Source of the DNA: Nemertoderma westbladi
Taxonomy: Eukaryota; Animalia; Xenacoelomorpha
Direction of reading: 5' to 3'
Assembly (NCBI GenBank): GCA_032718475.1
Contig: JAUCBJ010007796.1
Span: forward strand, 1 to 51,412
Length of the DNA: 51,412 nucleotides
Shown: one piece after another, positions 48,954 through 51,412 of the stretch
Numbering within the stretch: the first letter of the stretch is position 1
How the letters are laid out: each line of letters opens with the position of its first letter
Program-made: the position numbers and the translations under genes
The notes under the pieces: model-generated
Seen by the model: only the letters and a program-made list of their open reading frames with translations
The model's database searches: none
What the model was told of the DNA's origin: nothing

Positions 48954-49099
48954 GTCAATGTGTCAATAAATTTGGGTAGGCCCCTAAATCGAAGTCACCT
49001 AAATAAGGGAACGAAAGTTTTTAATTAATTAGTGTTTTTTAACCCCTCCCATCCTTTTAACCTCCCATAGATTATTTTAATGCATACCATTATTCTTCT

Positions 49100-49380
49100 G
49101 GCTTTAGATCACCTAATCCAAGATCCTGCTGGCGGCGCAGGTTCAATCCCAAGTATACAGTACTGTATATTTGCACTACTGTTTGTGCCCTTTTCTAGGC
49201 AATGCACTTACTGTACACACTAGCCGCAGTGTACAGTAGGGTCTGTTCAATTCTACGATGACAATCACCGGCAAGTCTTATTGTCGTTCCTGTAGGGTTG
49301 TGCTGGGTTTGGGCAATCCTCGGTCACAAGCTAAATTGTACAATAACCTGTTTGTTAAATGAACATTGTATTTTGTATTT
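49100..49380 (+). mobile_element. Possible decayed tRNA-derived SINE with a CORE-like block
   Basis: GGTTCAATCCC B-box-like motif, then TGTGCCCTT...GGCAATGCACTT, and a TTGTATT tail. Confidence 0.35.
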
Positions 49381-49496
49381 TATGCCATAAAACTACTGTA
49401 AATGATTGGTTGTTATTATTTGAAAGGCGAAATACAATATACAGTAGCTTTTGTTAGAAATACAAAATAATACTAATATGTAATTTTGTAACATCA

Positions 49497-50369
49497 TTAA
49501 CATACGGTAATTCCATATTTTTGATAAGTTTGCCATAAACCCCAACCCTTTAAGGTATTTTTAAATCTATTGGAACTCATAAGACCGATATGCGAGAATA
49601 GAGGGGGTATAACAGCATACTGTTTCCCTATTGGACGTTGCCTAGCAACAAAGTCATCGATCGATAAATCAACCGCTTTTTCCCCAGTACGACCCGCGTT
49701 GGACAAATGTTTTACTAAAGGGGTAACTATTCGTAACGGGTATAGGACCGCTGGTATGCAGCATTCGTAAGCAGGGGTCACCCTATATCCATTGTATGGT
49801 AGAAAGTTCTCCACGAAATGAAACTGGTAGGCATTTTGTCTTCCCATTAACAGAGTAATAATTAGGGAACATATCGAGACACTTGCGATAAATCTCAACC
49901 ATTGGATGGCCATATGCCAGTATTGTGTTAGAATGTATGTTATGCATACGGCGAACAAGGTATATACTGCTGTACATTTGAGCAATTCGTTAATTCGGAA
50001 CAGGTCAAATCCGAATCCTTGCCAGTAGGTAGGCCAGTAGAGTTTGATAAGGTGCCACTCCGGCCCTTCCTCAAGGTCACCTCTACGTATCATTTGGTTC
50101 ACTTTGAAATCTAGAATGTGATCAAGTTTATTGAAAATATTATCTTTGGCCAGTGCATCATCCTCTAGTACTATCACATATTCAGCCGCGTAATTTAATG
50201 ATTGGTTAAGACAGGAGTAGTAATCGATGTTTTGTTGTTTATTGTAGTTATCGAGTTGTGTTTGCGAGGTTATATTTATTACGTTGACTGATTTTGAGAC
50301 AAGTTTGATGTGATCTTCTTTGCTTCCTGCATCGCATACGGTTAGCTTCGTGTCGTTTCTTTGTTTCAC
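49497..50369 (-). CDS. PGAP4: PGAP4/TMEM246-like GPI GalNAc transferase, exon 3
   Basis: Acceptor TTATCCACAG|GTG. Motifs YVIVLEDDA, KLY, two TM helices inserted in the catalytic domain, GRQ, ECCIPAVLYP and FSHIGLMSS resemble PGAP4 as I recall it. Confidence 0.85.
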   Translation of the reverse strand: MKQRNDTKLTVCDAGSKEDHIKLVSKSVNVINITSQTQLDNYNKQQNIDYYSCLNQSLNYAAEYVIVLEDDALAKDNIFNKLDHILDFKVNQMIRRGDLEEGPEWHLIKLYWPTYWQGFGFDLFRINELLKCTAVYTLFAVCITYILTQYWHMAIQWLRFIASVSICSLIITLLMGRQNAYQFHFVENFLPYNGYRVTPAYECCIPAVLYPLRIVTPLVKHLSNAGRTGEKAVDLSIDDFVARQRPIGKQYAVIPPLFSHIGLMSSNRFKNTLKGWGLWQTYQKYGITVC

Positions 50370-50589
50370 CTGTGGATAAATATGTTTTAGTGGAAAAGGG
50401 AATTGTTTTAGGCCTAGTACAGTAGACCTATTGTGACTTATAAACATAATAATACGATTAAATATTATTAAACGTAGCCGATCTACCGAAGTATAATATC
50501 GAACACATTTAATGTGAACAGAGGCTGATGAGTTAGGCCTAGGCCTACAATTAAACTGACAGAATTTAAATAACAGTAAATATTCCTAC

Positions 50590-50696
50590 CTGTTTGATAA
50601 GAGACCCCAGAACTTGTAACAAATAGTTTGGTGTGTAATCAATATCCAAATCGATTCTTCTTTTAGACAGAATCAAAACTAAATATTTTAAAGCAC
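50590..50696 (-). CDS. PGAP4: PGAP4-like exon 2 (not in the ORF track)
   Basis: TTTTGCGCAG|GT...CAG|GTAGGA, 107 nt, phase 1 to phase 0, encodes GALKYLVLILSKRRIDLDIDYTPNYLLQVLGSLIKQ. Confidence 0.8.
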
Positions 50697-50971
50697 CTGC
50701 GCAAAACATATAAGACAAATTTAATACGACACTCTTTCAATCATATATGTGAAGTCCTCCGTTGGCACCAATCCTCATGTCTACCAATATGAGGGAGGAG
50801 AGTAAACTGGCCTGATTATTGTGAGGCTAACTGGGTGGGTCATGGCTTTACATAAAAAATTGGGCCTCAAATAATTAACTTGTATCCCATACAACCCCCC
50901 CCCCCCCCCCCCCCCCCTCCTCCCTCGCAATAAATCTTCTGTATACGCCCCTGACTTTATTTACTCCTTAC

Positions 50972-51218
50972 CTTCCTTTTTTTTCTCATGTCTGATATCA
51001 ACAGTGTTTATTATCTTTTCGCTTGATTCCATTCGCTTTCTTGAATTCTCTACGTGCTTATTTAATGCTGAGAGGCGACACCGATATCTAATATGATAGC
51101 CAATTGAATATTTCATGTTGAAAGTTAGAAGTATTACAATTACAACCAAAACAAAGTAAAGAATTAGGCAGCGTGGTTTATAAATGGAGTATAGTAGCCG
51201 TTGTAGCTTGTTTGTCAT
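50972..51218 (-). CDS. PGAP4: PGAP4-like exon 1 (N-terminal TM anchor)
   Basis: ATG at 51218, TM segment LILYFVLVVIVILLTF, donor GAAG|GTAAGG. The three exons total 1227 nt, giving 408 aa in one frame. Confidence 0.8.
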
Positions 51219-51412
51219 TATGACACATGATCTTTGAACAGCTTGAGCATGAAAAGCATGAGCTTTCCTCTTAGCAACCAATCACATTTGTAACATGTTG
51301 CATAAATAAAATTAGATAATTATACAATTCAATCTATGTAGGCCTAGTCTAGTTATAAATTAAAATAATTGTAATCAATAATTCTATAAAAAGTACAAAA
51401 GTAGGCCTAATT

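Noticed and set aside
50370-50447. ATG at 50447 as the start of the 316-aa ORF
   Set aside because: It lies in intron 2 of the spliced model; an acceptor at 50370 and upstream exons supply the TM anchor.
50524-50560. CTGATGAG as a hammerhead ribozyme core
   Set aside because: No GAAA after the putative stem II and no stems I or III; other CTGATGA hits lie in coding remnants.

Overview
AT-rich animal genomic DNA (probably an invertebrate; spliceosomal introns present), mostly nested transposable elements. Left to right: (1) the 5' end of a minus-strand LTR retrotransposon (1.1-kb LTR, long repeat-rich leader, ORF running off the left edge) that has no tRNA primer-binding site but has a Tf1-like self-complementary 11-mer. 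(2) A complete 7.25-kb BEL/Pao-derived LTR element (TSD TTCCC) encoding only Gag and protease. (3) An intronless Ly6/uPAR-like, GPI-anchor-type gene broken by two in-frame stops. (4) A foldback-like inverted array whose outer arm recurs inverted about 30 kb away. (5) Decayed RTE-type LINEs, one carrying a solo LTR (TSD ATGTG). (6) A truncated BEL/Pao gag-pol interrupted by a CR1-type LINE and by an internally deleted THAP-bearing P-like element. (7) piggyBac-, mariner- and Harbinger-like non-autonomous elements. (8) A 3-exon PGAP4/TMEM246-like host gene. All alignments and family calls were made by eye from motifs, with no database searches. Several frameshifts sit in homopolymers and may be assembly errors.
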